From Hypanus sabinus (taxonomy: Eukaryota): a DNA stretch of 64,000 nucleotides. Location: NCBI RefSeq assembly GCF_030144855.1, contig NC_082730.1:2976001-3040000 (forward strand). The letters are read 5' to 3'. Positions 39,901-52,320 of this stretch are shown piece by piece (the first letter of the stretch is position 1; every line of letters starts with the position of its first letter). The notes below the pieces were generated by a model. It searched no databases, was not told the DNA's origin, and saw only the letters and a list, made by a program, of their open reading frames with translations. A program made the translations under genes and the position numbers.

Positions 39901-40560
39901 TCCGTTTAATAGGATGATTCTAACCACGTAAATTACAACTTATTACATTAATCCGTTTAACTGCCATACTATAATTTTATTCCAATTTACTTTATACATG
40001 CGCAGAACACATACCAATACAGGATTATCAAAGATGGCGGTGATGAAGAATGCGGCCATATAGAAAACACGCATGCTCTGAAACCACCTAATGGCGGAAA
40101 AAACTCCTAACTCTAAACCCACCCACACTCCCAAAAGCCCGAAAAAAAGGCAAGCGAACTAAGAGAGATGCAAAGCCGTGGGCTGCTCTGTCCGTCTCGG
40201 TTCTCTTTCCCCCCAGCCAGTACACAAAAAAAATAAAATGACCTTGCAAGAAAGACAGTAACGTCTCGACAAAGGAGAGTGTTTACATTCCATCATGTAT
40301 TAAACAGAAAAAGAACTAAAATAATATAATCTCTTAGAGAGAAAAAACAGCACCATCTTCAGTTTGGCTTTAAATCCCTAAGAGAACTTTAAATTCTGTT
40401 ATAGGGCGCTATAATAAAACAGATTAAAAAAGGTTAATTGTATATTTAACCGAACTAAATTTACGAAAATATTATTTAGTAATATCATAGTAACTGAACC
40501 CTCCCAAATATATATATATATATAAAAGAAACCCTATTGGTAGGAAAAAAAACTGCGGCA
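36937..40560 (-). mobile_element. L1-clade LINE, ORF2 partial, decayed
   Basis: APE fragments (GRFLIVKG..GDFN, AISDH) and RT fragments ([51 protein letters not shown]). Confidence 0.93.
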
Positions 40561-40699
40561 CTCCACAAGTTACAAGTCTCCAGTCAGAGAGTCAACCATC
40601 TACTACCACTATCTGGCTTCTCCCACAAAGCCACTGTCTTAAACAATTTACTAGCTCAGCTTGAATGCTGAGTGACAGAACCATCTTAAACAACCTCCT

Positions 40700-40802
40700 A
40701 TGTTAGCCCTCACGAAGGATCTCGGCCCGAAACGTCGACAGTGCTTCTCCTCATAGATGCTGCCTGGACTGCTGTGTTCCACTAGCATTTTGTGTGTGTT
40801 GC
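40700..40802 (+). mobile_element. Penelope-like terminal repeat fragment with a degenerate hammerhead core
   Basis: ctcacga..ggcccgaaacgtcgac followed by gatgctgcctggactgctgtgttccactagcattttgtgtgt. Confidence 0.75.
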
Positions 40803-41469
40803 TCCTATGTGAGACCTTGTCAATGAGTAAACCTGAATTTGTTTCTGTGCAACACTCTCCGCTCCAGGTCACTGCACAGACAACTTCACTGGGAATCTCC
40901 TCTCCTGCCAGATGGCACAACAGATCACTGGGGCACACATCATTGGCAGACAAAGATAAGGAATTGGAGAGAACTAATAGCACACATCACAGAATGGTAA
41001 AGAGAGTTCCTCCAAGGAACGGCACATGTTGTGTGGGATTGGTTCCCAAGACAGGTTTCAGTGCTTAGGTCTATTGATTCATTCGGCCCAGCCAGGAAAA
41101 TTCCACACTCATGAGCCTCCTTGCCAGCCACAGGGACAGGATGGAGGCCAGTTCACTCCCACAGGCAACTACGTTCCAGGCTCTTAATAGGTCTGGGTTA
41201 AAACTTGATAAATCTCAGAGTAGCAGAACTGACACTTACCAAACACTGCATGTCCTCCTGATGGCAATGACCCCAGCTGAGAAAATTTAACACCAGTGCA
41301 CACTGTCTGGGAGGGTGTTCAGTGTACAGCTGTTTCTGCAGGGTTCTGAGGTGGAGAGCCATCAGCTGGGGACGTACATACAACAGTGACTTCTCAATTG
41401 GGAGGCTCAGAACCGAAATAGAGACCCAGTGTTTTCTGCTACCCCTTCCTCTATGATCAATACTGTCCT

Positions 41470-42340
41470 CAAAGAGATCTCCTCCATTTTGTGGATATCT
41501 CCCCCTCACCCCATCTTCCTGCCACCATAAGAGAGATACTTCCTGTTTTCCTTATTACCACCCCTCGAGCCTCTACATCCAGTAGATTATTCTCGATAAC
41601 TACAAGAAAGTCTGCAAATGCCGGAAATCCAAAGCAACAAATACCAACACCGGAGACATTCTCCATAACTTTTTCTGCCACTTTCAACATGATCTTACCA
41701 ACAGGCACATCTTTCCCTCTCAACATTCCACTTTCTGCAGTGACTGCATTCTTCAAGACTATTGTCCATTCATCACTCTTCACTGATCTACCTGCTGGCA
41801 TTTACCCCTACCCCTTCACCTCCTTCCTCATCACCATTCAGGGCTTGAAATACCGGTGAGGCAACACTTCACCTGCAAGCCTTTCAGGGTTTTATACTGT
41901 ATCCTGTTGTGGCCTCCTCAACATCAGTGAGACTTGATGTAGGTTGCTCAACCACTTCATCGAGCACCTTCGCTTCGTCCACCACAAAACGTGAGCTTTC
42001 CTTGAGGCCACTGGTTTTAATCCTATTTGCCATATATAATCCAACGCTTTGGTCCAATGGCTCCTCTGCTGTCATGATGAGGCCACCTCAGGGTGGTGCA
42101 GCAATATCGCAAATTCCTTCTGGGTAGCCTCCAACCTGACAACATGAACATTGATTTCTCCAACTTCTGGTACTTTCTCCCCCACTGATTCCCCTTTTCC
42201 ATTTCTGGCCACCCCCTTCCCTTCCTTCCTTTCTCCTCACTTGTCCATCATCTTCCTCTGGCACGCTTCCTCCTTCCCTTTCTCCCATGCTCCACTCTCC
42301 TCTCCTATCAGATTCCATCTTCTTCAGCCCTTGACCTCTC
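41470..42340 (+). mobile_element. Penelope-like element (PLE), GIY-YIG endonuclease remnant
   Basis: Degenerate VRQHFTC..YCI..GET..HF..LGSLQPDNMNIDFSNF block plus a pyrimidine-rich 3' UTR. Confidence 0.8.
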
Positions 42341-45300
42341 ATCTCATGTTCGCAACATTTATTGCCTATTTATTTATTATTGTTGTTTCTTTTTTTGCAA
42401 TTTGTTGTTATTTGCTCATTGGTTGTTTCTACATCCTGTTTGGTATGATCTTTCATTGATTCTATTATGTTCCTTGGATTTCTAAAGAGTATGCCCACAA
42501 GAAAACAAATCTCAGGGTTGTATCTGGTGATGTATACATACTGAGATAATAAATTTACTTTGAAACCTGAGAACCATCTATATATTTCTTTAGAAGGCTT
42601 TACAAGATATATTCAACTAATTCCATCCCATTCAATACCCTGGCACTGTGGAAGTCCCAGTCTCCATCAGGGGGCTATAACAACCCTATTATTCCTACAG
42701 CTATCTGCAGCTTCTCTAATTCACACTGATTACTGGAGAACTACAGCACAGTACACAGTACAGAGGGAAGGAGCAGCACTGTCGGTAAAAAAAAAGAAAT
42801 TAAACCCATAGCACTGAGTGATGAGAGGATCAGAAGATGTAGAATCTTTGTGGCTGGAGTTGAGGAACTTCAAGGGTTACAAGACGCTGAAGGGACTTAT
42901 GTCCAGGGTGTAGAATAGCAGCCAGGATGAGGGTACAAAAGGCATGTGAGAAACACTGCCTTTCTCACACGCTTTTTTTCCCAGAAGATAGAAAAGGAAC
43001 ATGAGAAAAGTAATGTTACAGTGATCATGGAGGACTTCCACAAATGTACACTGGGGAAAATCAGGCTGGCAGAAGACTCCAGGAAAACAAATTTGTGGCT
43101 TTCCACAGCAACATAAGGCAGATCGCACAAGGGAACAGGCACGTCTAGGTCTGGATATTGCGTAAACAGGTAGACTATCAGGGAGCTAAAGCAGATGGAA
43201 CCCTTAGTAAGCAGTGATCACAATCTGACAGACCTCACCATGCAGTTTGAAGGAAACTGAAATTTAATGTAATAATATTAGTTATCGAGTCATTCAGCAC
43301 AGACAGGGGACACTTTGATCCAACTGGTTCAAGCCAAACAAAATGCCTCATCCCAATTGTCAGTGTTTGGTCCTTAATCTTTTAAACCTTTCCAATCCAT
43401 GTACCTGTCCAACTGACTTTTAATAGTTTCTATTTTATCTGCTTCAGCCACTTTCTCTGGCAGCTGATTCCACATAAATAGTTTACATTGTGTATATAAA
43501 TTTCATCCAAGATGTCAGCACGACGTAGCTTGCAGTGGCCACTCCAGAGCTGATTATCTATTATTTCTGAAGCGGGGTGCCCTGTGCAATCATAATCGGA
43601 TGAAAAACAGACATGGCAGCATGGAGGAACATCTGAAAATCTCCAGGAAGACCTTCTTCATTGCTGCTGCTGCTGTGAGGGCTGGGTCTTGGCTGGGAAG
43701 AACAGGCCCCCAGTCCTGGGGGTCGCGTTGCCGATGGCCGTTGGCAGGGCCGTCTTAATATGCTCGGCGGAGGATGGTGCTCGGAGAAGCTGTGCCGGAC
43801 GGGATGAGCAGAGGCTCGGAGGTTCAACGGACTCAGAGTCCACTGCGATCAGGTCGCTTTCACTGTGTGCTGTGTCTGCGAGGCTGGGTTCAGCGGTGCT
43901 TTCATTGTGTGTTGCGTCTTCGAGGCTGAGTCGGGCGGCGCAATGGAAGTCCATAGCGGGGGTATTCCTTTCTGCCGCTGGCATGAGATGACGAGTCTAT
44001 TGGGACCCTGAGGACTTCTGGAAACTGTGTGGTGGTTTCTTTCCAACTTATAGTCTTTTAACACTTTAACATCTTTGGACTATTTTACTGTGCCCATGGT
44101 CTGTTTTTTTTTAATCAATTACCCTATTGTTTGCTCTGTTGTAACTATGTGGTTTTGTGCAGGACTTGCAGCTTTAGTTTTTGGTCTTGTTTGTCTGGTG
44201 TGATTGGAGCTCCTTTCCGGGGAACACGCAAAGATGGTAGTGCGATATAAATACGCAGCAGCCTCTCCGGACTCTGGATTGGGGATTGCCAAACGTTATG
44301 TGGATTTTCTGGTGTAGTCTGTTTTGTCATGCGTTTTTGTGATAACATTCTCGAGGAACGTTGTCTCATTTTTTAAACTGCATTGCATTTCTGGTTTGTA
44401 AATGACAACAAATTGAATCTGAATCAGATAAATTGCCCCTTGAGGGTTTCTACAATCACTCCCCTCACACTTTAAACTTATGCCTCCAGTTCTTGATTCT
44501 CCAGAAGTGTGAAAAAAAACAGTTTTCACCCTATCAATGCCCCTCGTGATTTCATACACCTCTCTGAAATCTCTCAGTCTCCTATGCACCAAGTAAAGTT
44601 CTAACCTCTACAACATCTCCTTGTGATGATCAAGGACAACTGCAGAGGCATGAGAAAGTCATGGCCAGAGTTGATTGGAAGGAGTTCCAGTACAGAAGAG
44701 AGTGCAGCAGCAATGGCAGGGGTTTCTGGAAGAAAGCAGAATTTCATCCCAAGGAAGACTAAAGGCAGGATGATGAAATGGTGGCTGACAAGGGAAGTCA
44801 TGGGCAGTAGAAAAGCAAAAGAGAAGGCATACAATATTGTAAAGATTTCTGGGAAGCCAGAAGTTTGGGAAAAGGGTAAAACCCAACAGAGGATAATACC
44901 TGTAAGAGAGAAGATGAAAAACCATAGTAGTCAATAAAAAAAATTCCAAAAGGTTTTATTTGGTGGGTATATAAAGGTTAAGAAAGAGGCAAGAAAGGAC
45001 ACTGGACTACTGGAAAATGACACCAACAATGCAGTAATAGAGAATAAGGAAATGGTGGAGAATTTTCTACCATTTAAGACCATAAAACCAGAAGTGAGAA
45101 TGGCTCCAGGGGCAATATTTTTTTCAACATGTGGGAAGTTTGGGAGACCTCCAGTCTCCCAGATGAATACATCTGCACCAGGTGTACTGAGTTGCAGGTC
45201 CTGAATGTATTAGGGAAATGGAACTGCAGCTCAATGACCTTCATTTCATACAGGAGAATGAGGAGGTGATAAACAGGAGTGACAGGGAGGTAGTCACCTT

Positions 45301-46906
45301 TAGGTTGCAAGAGACAGGTAACAGGGTGACTGTCAGTAGAAGCCGCCAAAATGAACACAGTGCAGAGTACACCTGTGGCCATTCAGTTCGATAATAAGTA
45401 CATAGCTTTAGAGTCTCTTGAGGGACAATGAACTACCGGAGAGGAGACACAGTGACTGGGTGTCTGGCTCAGAAGAGCAACGAGGTGAAAAGGACTGTCT
45501 TTTACTGATTGATTGCCTCTCAACTCAGAGAAACTGTCACAAAACTCTGCCTTTGAAATCTTGATTGCCGCCCTGATTACAAAGTACCTCTTTTCACGCA
45601 CCCTTGGTGTGGACTGTCCAAGAAGTGGCTCAAAGTTTGCTTTTCAAATCTTGAACATGGACCTGACTGAAAGGGTAGCTCTTTTTCTGCAATGCCTCTT
45701 ACTGACTGGTTGCTCCTGAATTCAGAGAAACTGCTGCAAAACTCTGCATTAGAAATCTCAGTTATCACACAGAGTAGCTCTTTTCACACAACCCTAGTGC
45801 ATTTCCGGAACTGCTTGAACCAGATGGTGGTAAATCTGTGGAAAGTGTTAACATGGAGGTCTGTGGTGTATTTAAGTGAGAGAACAATAGGTTCTTGATT
45901 GGTAAGGGTTAGGGTTGCAGTGTGAAGACAGGAGAAACGTGATTGAATGACAGTGCAGACTCAACAGACCAAATGGCCTAATTCAGCTCCTAAAGCTTAT
46001 GCATTTTCACGATGTTCTTCCTAATCCATATTACATCTCTTGTTCCTCTCTTACCTCTACCACGATCATACCTGTAGCATCTGTACCCTGGAACACTGAG
46101 TTGCCTGTCAGCCAGGGAATCGTAATATCACAATCCTGTGCAATGTGCACCATCTGCAAAATGTACTGCAGTCACTCACCCAAGCTACTGTGACAAGACC
46201 TTGCAAACCTGTCACCTCTCTCATCAGGAAGGATAAGAGCAGTACAGGAGAACACCACTATTTGCAGGCTCCCCTCCAAGTCCCACAGTCTCTCTGGCCA
46301 GCTGGTCAAACCATCTCCTTCTCCCCACTGTGTGGAGTTCTCCCCCTCACTGTGGTCCACAGAAACAATGTTTGCACCTTCTACAGGGCATCTTCACCCT
46401 ATCCCCTCATTTGACTCCACATCCAGTTAAGACACCTGCCTCCTTTTGCAACTGGATCTTTAACCTCCTGACTCGTAGACCACAATCAGTAAGGGAAGAC
46501 AGTGACACCCACAGCACAATTATTCTCAGAATGTTTGCCCCATCTGCAACACTTCTCTCCAACCCTACAGTTACCTGTAAATCATTACTGTCATCATTAG
46601 ATTACTCATGGAGGAAGAGAGAGTGAAAGGGAAAAGAGGAGGATAGAGACAAAGTTTATGGAGGGAGACACAGAGCTCTCTGAACTCTAGAAAGAGGAGA
46701 GTCTGATAATCCAAGGCTTCTCAGCAAAAATAAGGAGGGGAGGAGGATGCTTTGCATCTGCTTTTAATGGTGGTCTGGCAGACCCAGAAAATGCCACAAT
46801 GGGCAGAAAAGTCTTCTGCCTGCAGTGAACAACTAAAGCACTCACTGCTCCACAAGCAGAGCTGATCACTTAAACTAAACCTTGCAAATGGTGGAGAGAA
46901 AGTTAG

Positions 46907-47760
46907 CACACAAACACGAAGAAATCTGCAGATGCTGAAAATTCAAGCAACACACACAAAATGCTGTTGGAACGCAGCAGGCCAGGCAACATCTATAGGA
47001 AGAAGTGCAGTCGACTTTTCGGGCCGACGTCCTTCGTTAGGACTAACTGAAAGAAAAGATAGTAAAAGATTTGAAAGTGGGAGGGGGAGTGGGAGATCTG
47101 AAATGATAGGAGAAGCCAGGAGGGGGACGGATGAAGCTAAGAGCTGGAAAGTTGATTGGCAAAAGGGATACAGAGCTGGAAAAGGGAAAGGACCTTGGGA
47201 CAGGAGGACTAGGGAGAAAGAAAGAGGGAGGGGAGCACCAGAGGGAGATGGAAAACAGGCAGAGTGATGGGCAGGAAGAGAGTAATAAAAAGGAAGAGGG
47301 GGGAAAAAACTAAATATTATCAGATGGGGTAAGGGGAGGAGGGACATTAACTGAAGTTAGATAAGTTAATGTTCATGTCATCAGGCTGGAGGCTACCCAG
47401 CCGGTATATAAGGTGTTGTTCCTCCAACCTGAGTGTGGCTTCACCTTGACAGTAGAGGAGGCCATGGATAGACATATTAGAATGGGAATGGGACATGGAA
47501 TTAAAATGTGTAGCCACTGGGAGATCCTGCTTTCTCTGGCTGGCAGAGAGAAGGTGTTCAGAGAAACGGTCTCTCAGTTTGCGTCAGCTCTCACCAATAT
47601 TTACAAAAGGCCGCACCAGGAGCACCGTACGCAGTGTTTGATACCAGCCGACTCACAGGTGAAGTGTCGCCTCTCCTGGAAGGACTGTCTGGGGCCCTGA
47701 AAGGTGGTGAGGGAGGAAGTGTAAGGACAGTTGTAAAGCTGAACAAGTGCTACAAGGATA
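46907..47760 (-). mobile_element. Penelope-like element 3' portion
   Basis: Reverse-complement match to 51707-52320 (GIY-YIG C-terminus, pyrimidine tract, terminal repeat). Confidence 0.82.
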
Positions 47761-47849
47761 AGTGTCAGGAAAGAGATGGGTGGGAGGACAAGGGAGTCGC
47801 GTAGGGAGAAAATGAGACTGATATTGCTGGGGTGGCTGAGGAGGAAAGG

Positions 47850-48545
47850 AGGGCGCGGTCAATCGTTCCTCTCTCAGATCACAATGCGATGATAAGCAAT
47901 CACTGTAAGATGCCTCGCCGCGGTACAAGCAGTTCTCTAACCACTATCAGTGACCGCAATCTGACCTTACCCACACAGGCGACCCAGGCAGTAACACAGA
48001 GCAGGGACCAGACCATCCTGACGAGAGCCTCGCAGCTTGAGGGCCTTCAGGCGACCAGGATTCTCGGGGAACGTCGGGAGGAACACGAGGAAGAGACTTC
48101 CGGTACCGGCCGGCCGGCAGGGATTCGGCTTCCGGCAGGCGCCGCTCTGTCACTGCCCTTTCGCAGCCCTTGTCCTGTCTGTCCCCCACACCGCTCAATC
48201 ACTCTCACTCCACCACAGTCGGACTCCGGCAGCCTCAGGACGAGCTCCGTGAGGTGAGTAGGGAATCGCTTTTCCGCTCGGTTCGATGTCTTAAGCCACC
48301 GCTGCAACCTGGTCATCTCTGAAGCTGAGGGCCGCAGATGTTTCCAACGAGTGGCTCGTCGCAAGGCTGCAGGACCGGACGGCATCCCAGGGCGGGTACT
48401 CAGAATTTACTCAGCACAACTGCAGGTGTGTTTACCGACATTTTTAATCTCTCCCTTTCCCAGTGTGGAGTGCCCTCCTGTTTCAAATTATCCACCATCG
48501 TCCCTGTACCAAAAAAGACCATGGGGACGTGTCTGAACTACTGAT
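47850..48545 (+). mobile_element. Rex1/Babar-like LINE fragment
   Basis: [45 protein letters not shown]. Confidence 0.8.
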
Positions 48546-48681
48546 GTCTTGACCCTTTTTCCTCCGATGGTCATTATGGCCAAAAAATTCTCCAAAAAGT
48601 AAGATCTTTGCCCCATATGCATTTGCAAACTGCAGTGTGGCTTTTTTATGGCGGTTTTGGAGCAGTGGCTTCTTCCTTGCT
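48546..48681 (-). mobile_element. Sleeping Beauty-like Tc1 transposase mid-section (inverted piece)
   Basis: Minus-strand ARKKPLLQNRHKKA..FA..KDLTFWR..GHNDH..RKKG; continues at 55934-55963 (LKG*SARKK). Confidence 0.88.
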
Positions 48682-49492
48682 CCATATTAGTTTCTACATA
48701 GAATAATAGAGTACAAGAAGATATGTAAGTAAAAAGAAAAAAAATAAAATAATAGCAAATGCATTGTGTTAAAAATAGTTACAATCGAAAAACCCTGCAT
48801 TCATAAAAATTAGATCATAATATTGAAATATAATTTTGTTATAAAAAATCTAAACCCACTACCAAAATCAGAGCTGTTAAGAAAAGCAAGAAAAAAGTGG
48901 GAAAAGCCCTAATCATTTTATAAAATATTATTAGCCACCATCTGTACTTTTGCAACAAATCAGAGGTTTTGAAAATAACTCAAGAATGCTCCTCATGATA
49001 TATAAAAGTCTTGGCTAGATACAAAAAATGAACAACAGATCTTTTCTAAATTTAAGCATGACCTAACATCCCGTAACCATTGAGCATGAGTAGGCGGAAC
49101 AGTGTCCTTTCATTTAAACAAGAGCTCCCTCCTAGCTATAAGAGAAATAAAAGCCAAAATATGCAAATCAAGTGACTCCAAAATAAAGTCTTTTCCTCCA
49201 ACAATGCCAAATAATGTGGTCAAAGGGTTAGGCTTAAAGTTTACCTTGAATAGTACCGAGAAAGTTTGGATTACTTCCTTCTAGTATCTTTCAAGACTTG
49301 GACATGTCCAAACCATGTGAATTAATGGAGCTTCTCCATTACTACATCTATCACAGAAAGGAGATATATCCGAATAAAAGTGAGATAGCTTATCTCTAGA
49401 TACGTGAGCCCTATGAACCACTTTAAATTGTAAGAAGGAATGACGGGCACATAATGATGAAGTGTTAACCAATTTAAAAATTTCATTCCAAG

Positions 49493-50110
49493 TGTAACAC
49501 TTGCCCAACAGGCTGGTATATGTCTAGGGGAAAACGAGATCCAGCCACACACCAATCCCACCTCCCGTACACGCAGGTGCTGTGAGAATCGAGTTTATAC
49601 CTCGCGCCGCCCACAGTATCAAACCCACAACAAATACTGTTATGAAATACACTTTAAAGAGTTTACTAAAATTAAAAGAGTATTAGGCAATACAATATAT
49701 ATGCAAGCGAAAAAAAAAGGCGCCAACTTATCAAAGTTCAGTCAGTTTAGTGCACATCGTTGGAGCTCAAACATCGAACCATTCGACCCCTCATCGCTTG
49801 CCTCCGACCTCCACGTCTTCGCACCTAGGACCACGCCCGGTGGTCTTCCGAGCAATGCAGCGCACGTCCACCTTCCTCGACGTCTTCCTCCCGGCTCTCT
49901 ACCAAAAGCCTGCGAAAAACCCCTCCCCCAAGTTCCCAGCCTCACAAGACAAAATAACATTCCCCATTGGTTAACAAATGAATACAATTACCATATCAAC
50001 AAGTATAAAGCAAAACAATTGCGAGAGAAACACTTATCAGACAAAGAAGCATTCCTACTCTTAACAAACCAAAAAACCCATTTTGAGTAACATACACAGG
50101 ACATTGTACA
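49493..50110. mobile_element. Solo LTR (618 bp), related to the Gypsy LTRs at 57445/60765
   Basis: TGTAAC...TGTACA termini; TSD CAAG (49489-49492, 50111-50114); splits L1 ISEET|WNEIF; shares aaaaggcgcca..acttatcaaagt and tggagctcaa blocks with the Gypsy LTRs. Confidence 0.88.
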
Positions 50111-50466
50111 CAAGTTTCCTCAGAAATTGAAGTCTTTAAATCTTGTTCCCAAAGATTTTTAATTTTGTCTATAGGATTGTTTCTCATTCCTAGCAACATA
50201 CCATAAATATTGGATATTGAACCATTATAAAAAGGTTTCAAATTAAAAATTACATCTAATAAGTCCTTATCGGAACTTACAGGAAATGTATATAGTTGAG
50301 AACGCAGAAAGTCTCTAATTCATAAATAACGAAACAAATGAGTCTTGGGTAAACTGTATTTAGCTGACATTTGCTCAAACGAAAGAAGACTTCCTCCAAC
50401 AAACAAATCCTGGAAGCATTTAATACCCAATCGATCCCATTCTTTAATAACTGGATTGGTCATCAA

Positions 50467-51070
50467 AGGCTCACCAGTACCTTTACTTCCTGAGAAAGCT
50501 GAAGAAATTTGGCCTGTCCCCTAAAACCCTCACTAATTTTTATAGATGCACCGTAGAAAGTATACTTCTAGGGTGCATCACAACCTGGTATGGAAGACCG
50601 GAAGAAGCTGCAGAAGATGATGAACATAGCCCAGTACATCGCACAAACCAATCTTCCATCCTTGGATTCACTTTACATCGCACTCTGTCGGAGCAGTGCT
50701 GTCAGGATAATCAAGGACACGACCCACCCAGCCAATACACTATTTGTCCCTCTTCCCTCTCTGGGAGAAGGTTCAGGAGCTTGAAGACTTGTATTGCCAG
50801 ATTTGGGAATAGCTTCTTTCCAACTGTGATAGACTACTGAACGGATCCTGACCCAGATCTGGGTTGTACCTTCCAAATATCCGGACCTGTATCTCGGTTT
50901 TTTTTTGCACTACCTTACTTTCCCTTTTCTATTTCTAATTATGATTTATAATTTAAATTTTTATTATATTTACTTCGATTTGTACTCTAGGGAGTGTGAA
51001 GTGCAGAATCAAATATCTCTGATGATTGTACTCTAGTATCAATTGTTTGCTGACGATAAAGTAAAGGTTT
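50467..51070 (+). mobile_element. Rex1/Babar-like LINE 3' end inserted in L1
   Basis: LYFLRKLKKFGLSPKTLTNFYRCTVESILLGCITTWYG plus 3' UTR; boundaries approximate. Confidence 0.8.
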
Positions 51071-51706
51071 AAAAAAAGTTAGAACAACTGGGACTAGATA
51101 AAGAAAATTTCAACAGACCAAATAATTTCCTAAATTGTACCCCGATCCTCAAAGTATGTTTAACTACCAAATTTTCAGTTAGTTTACTAAAAGATAAAGG
51201 GAGTGTGGATCTGAGAAGAGAAATGATAGAAAATTTATTAACAGACTTAGCTTCCAAAGAAACCCATATCGGACAGTGCTCATGGATAATATAATATATC
51301 CCAATAATAAAGCCTAAAATTTGGTAAAGCTAAACCTTCATTCTTCTTAGATTTTTGAAGATGAATTTTCTTTCGTCAAGAATGTTTGTTTTTTTCATAT
51401 ATAAGAAGATATAATACAATTGAGAGTCAAAAAATATTTAAGAATAAAAACAGGTAATGCCTGAAAAAGGTGTATAAATTTAGGTAAAATGTTCATTTTA
51501 ATAGAGTTGATTCGGCTAATCAAGAATAACGAAAAAGGCTACCAGTTTGATAATGTCATTTTTGCAAAATTCAGGAAGGTAAGAACATTTTCATTAAATA
51601 GATACTTATAATTCTTGGTTATTGTTACGCCCAAGTAGGTAAATAGATTTCTTACAAATTTGAAAGGAGGGTTAGTATTAATTGGTAACAATTTATTCAG
51701 TGGAAA

Positions 51707-52320
51707 GCAGGATCTCCCAGTGGCCACACATTTTAATTCCACATCCCATTCCCATTCTGATGTGTCTTTCCATGGCCTCCTCTCCTGTCAATGTGAATGG
51801 AAACTCAGGTTGGTGGAACAACACCTTATATACCGGCTGGGTTGCCTCCAACCTGATGGCATCAACTTTGACTTATCTAACTTCCATTAATGCCCCTCGT
51901 CCCCTTCTTATCCCATCCCTGACATATTTAGTTTGTTTTTTTTCTCTGTCTCTGCCCATCACTCTGCCTGTTCTCCATCTCCCGCTGGTGCTTCCCCCCC
52001 CCTCTTCTCTTGAGGCCTCCCGTCCCATGATCATTTCCCTTCTCCAGCTCTGTATCACTTTCGCCAATCACCTTTCCAGCTCTTAGCTTCATCCCACCCC
52101 CTTCGGTCTTCTCCTATCATTTTGCATTTCCCCCTCTCCCCACTACTTTAAATTCCCTTACTATCTTTCCTTTCAGTTAGTCCTGATGAAGGGTCTCGGC
52201 CTGAAACGTCGACAGTGCTTCTCCTTATAGATGCTGCTTAGCCTGCTGTGTTCCACCAGCATTTTGTGTGTGTTGTTTGAATTTCCAGCATCTGCAGATT
52301 TCCTCGTATTTGCTCTTTAA
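51707..52320 (+). mobile_element. Penelope-like element 3' portion inserted in L1
   Basis: QDLPVATHFNSTSH..LVEQHLIYRLGCLQPDGINFD; 12-bp TSD ATTCAGTGGAAA (51695-51706, 52321-52332). Confidence 0.9.
52180..52213 (+). ncRNA. Minimal type-I hammerhead ribozyme motif in the Penelope terminal repeat
   Basis: gtc-CTGATGA-agggtctcggcct-GAAA-C-GTC-gac: intact core, stem II, palindromic ACGT stem III, stem I gtc/gac. Confidence 0.7.

Noticed and set aside
41220-41280. 37-nt AG..GTAAGT-bounded exon candidate on the minus strand
   Set aside because: No compatible partner exon or meaningful translation.
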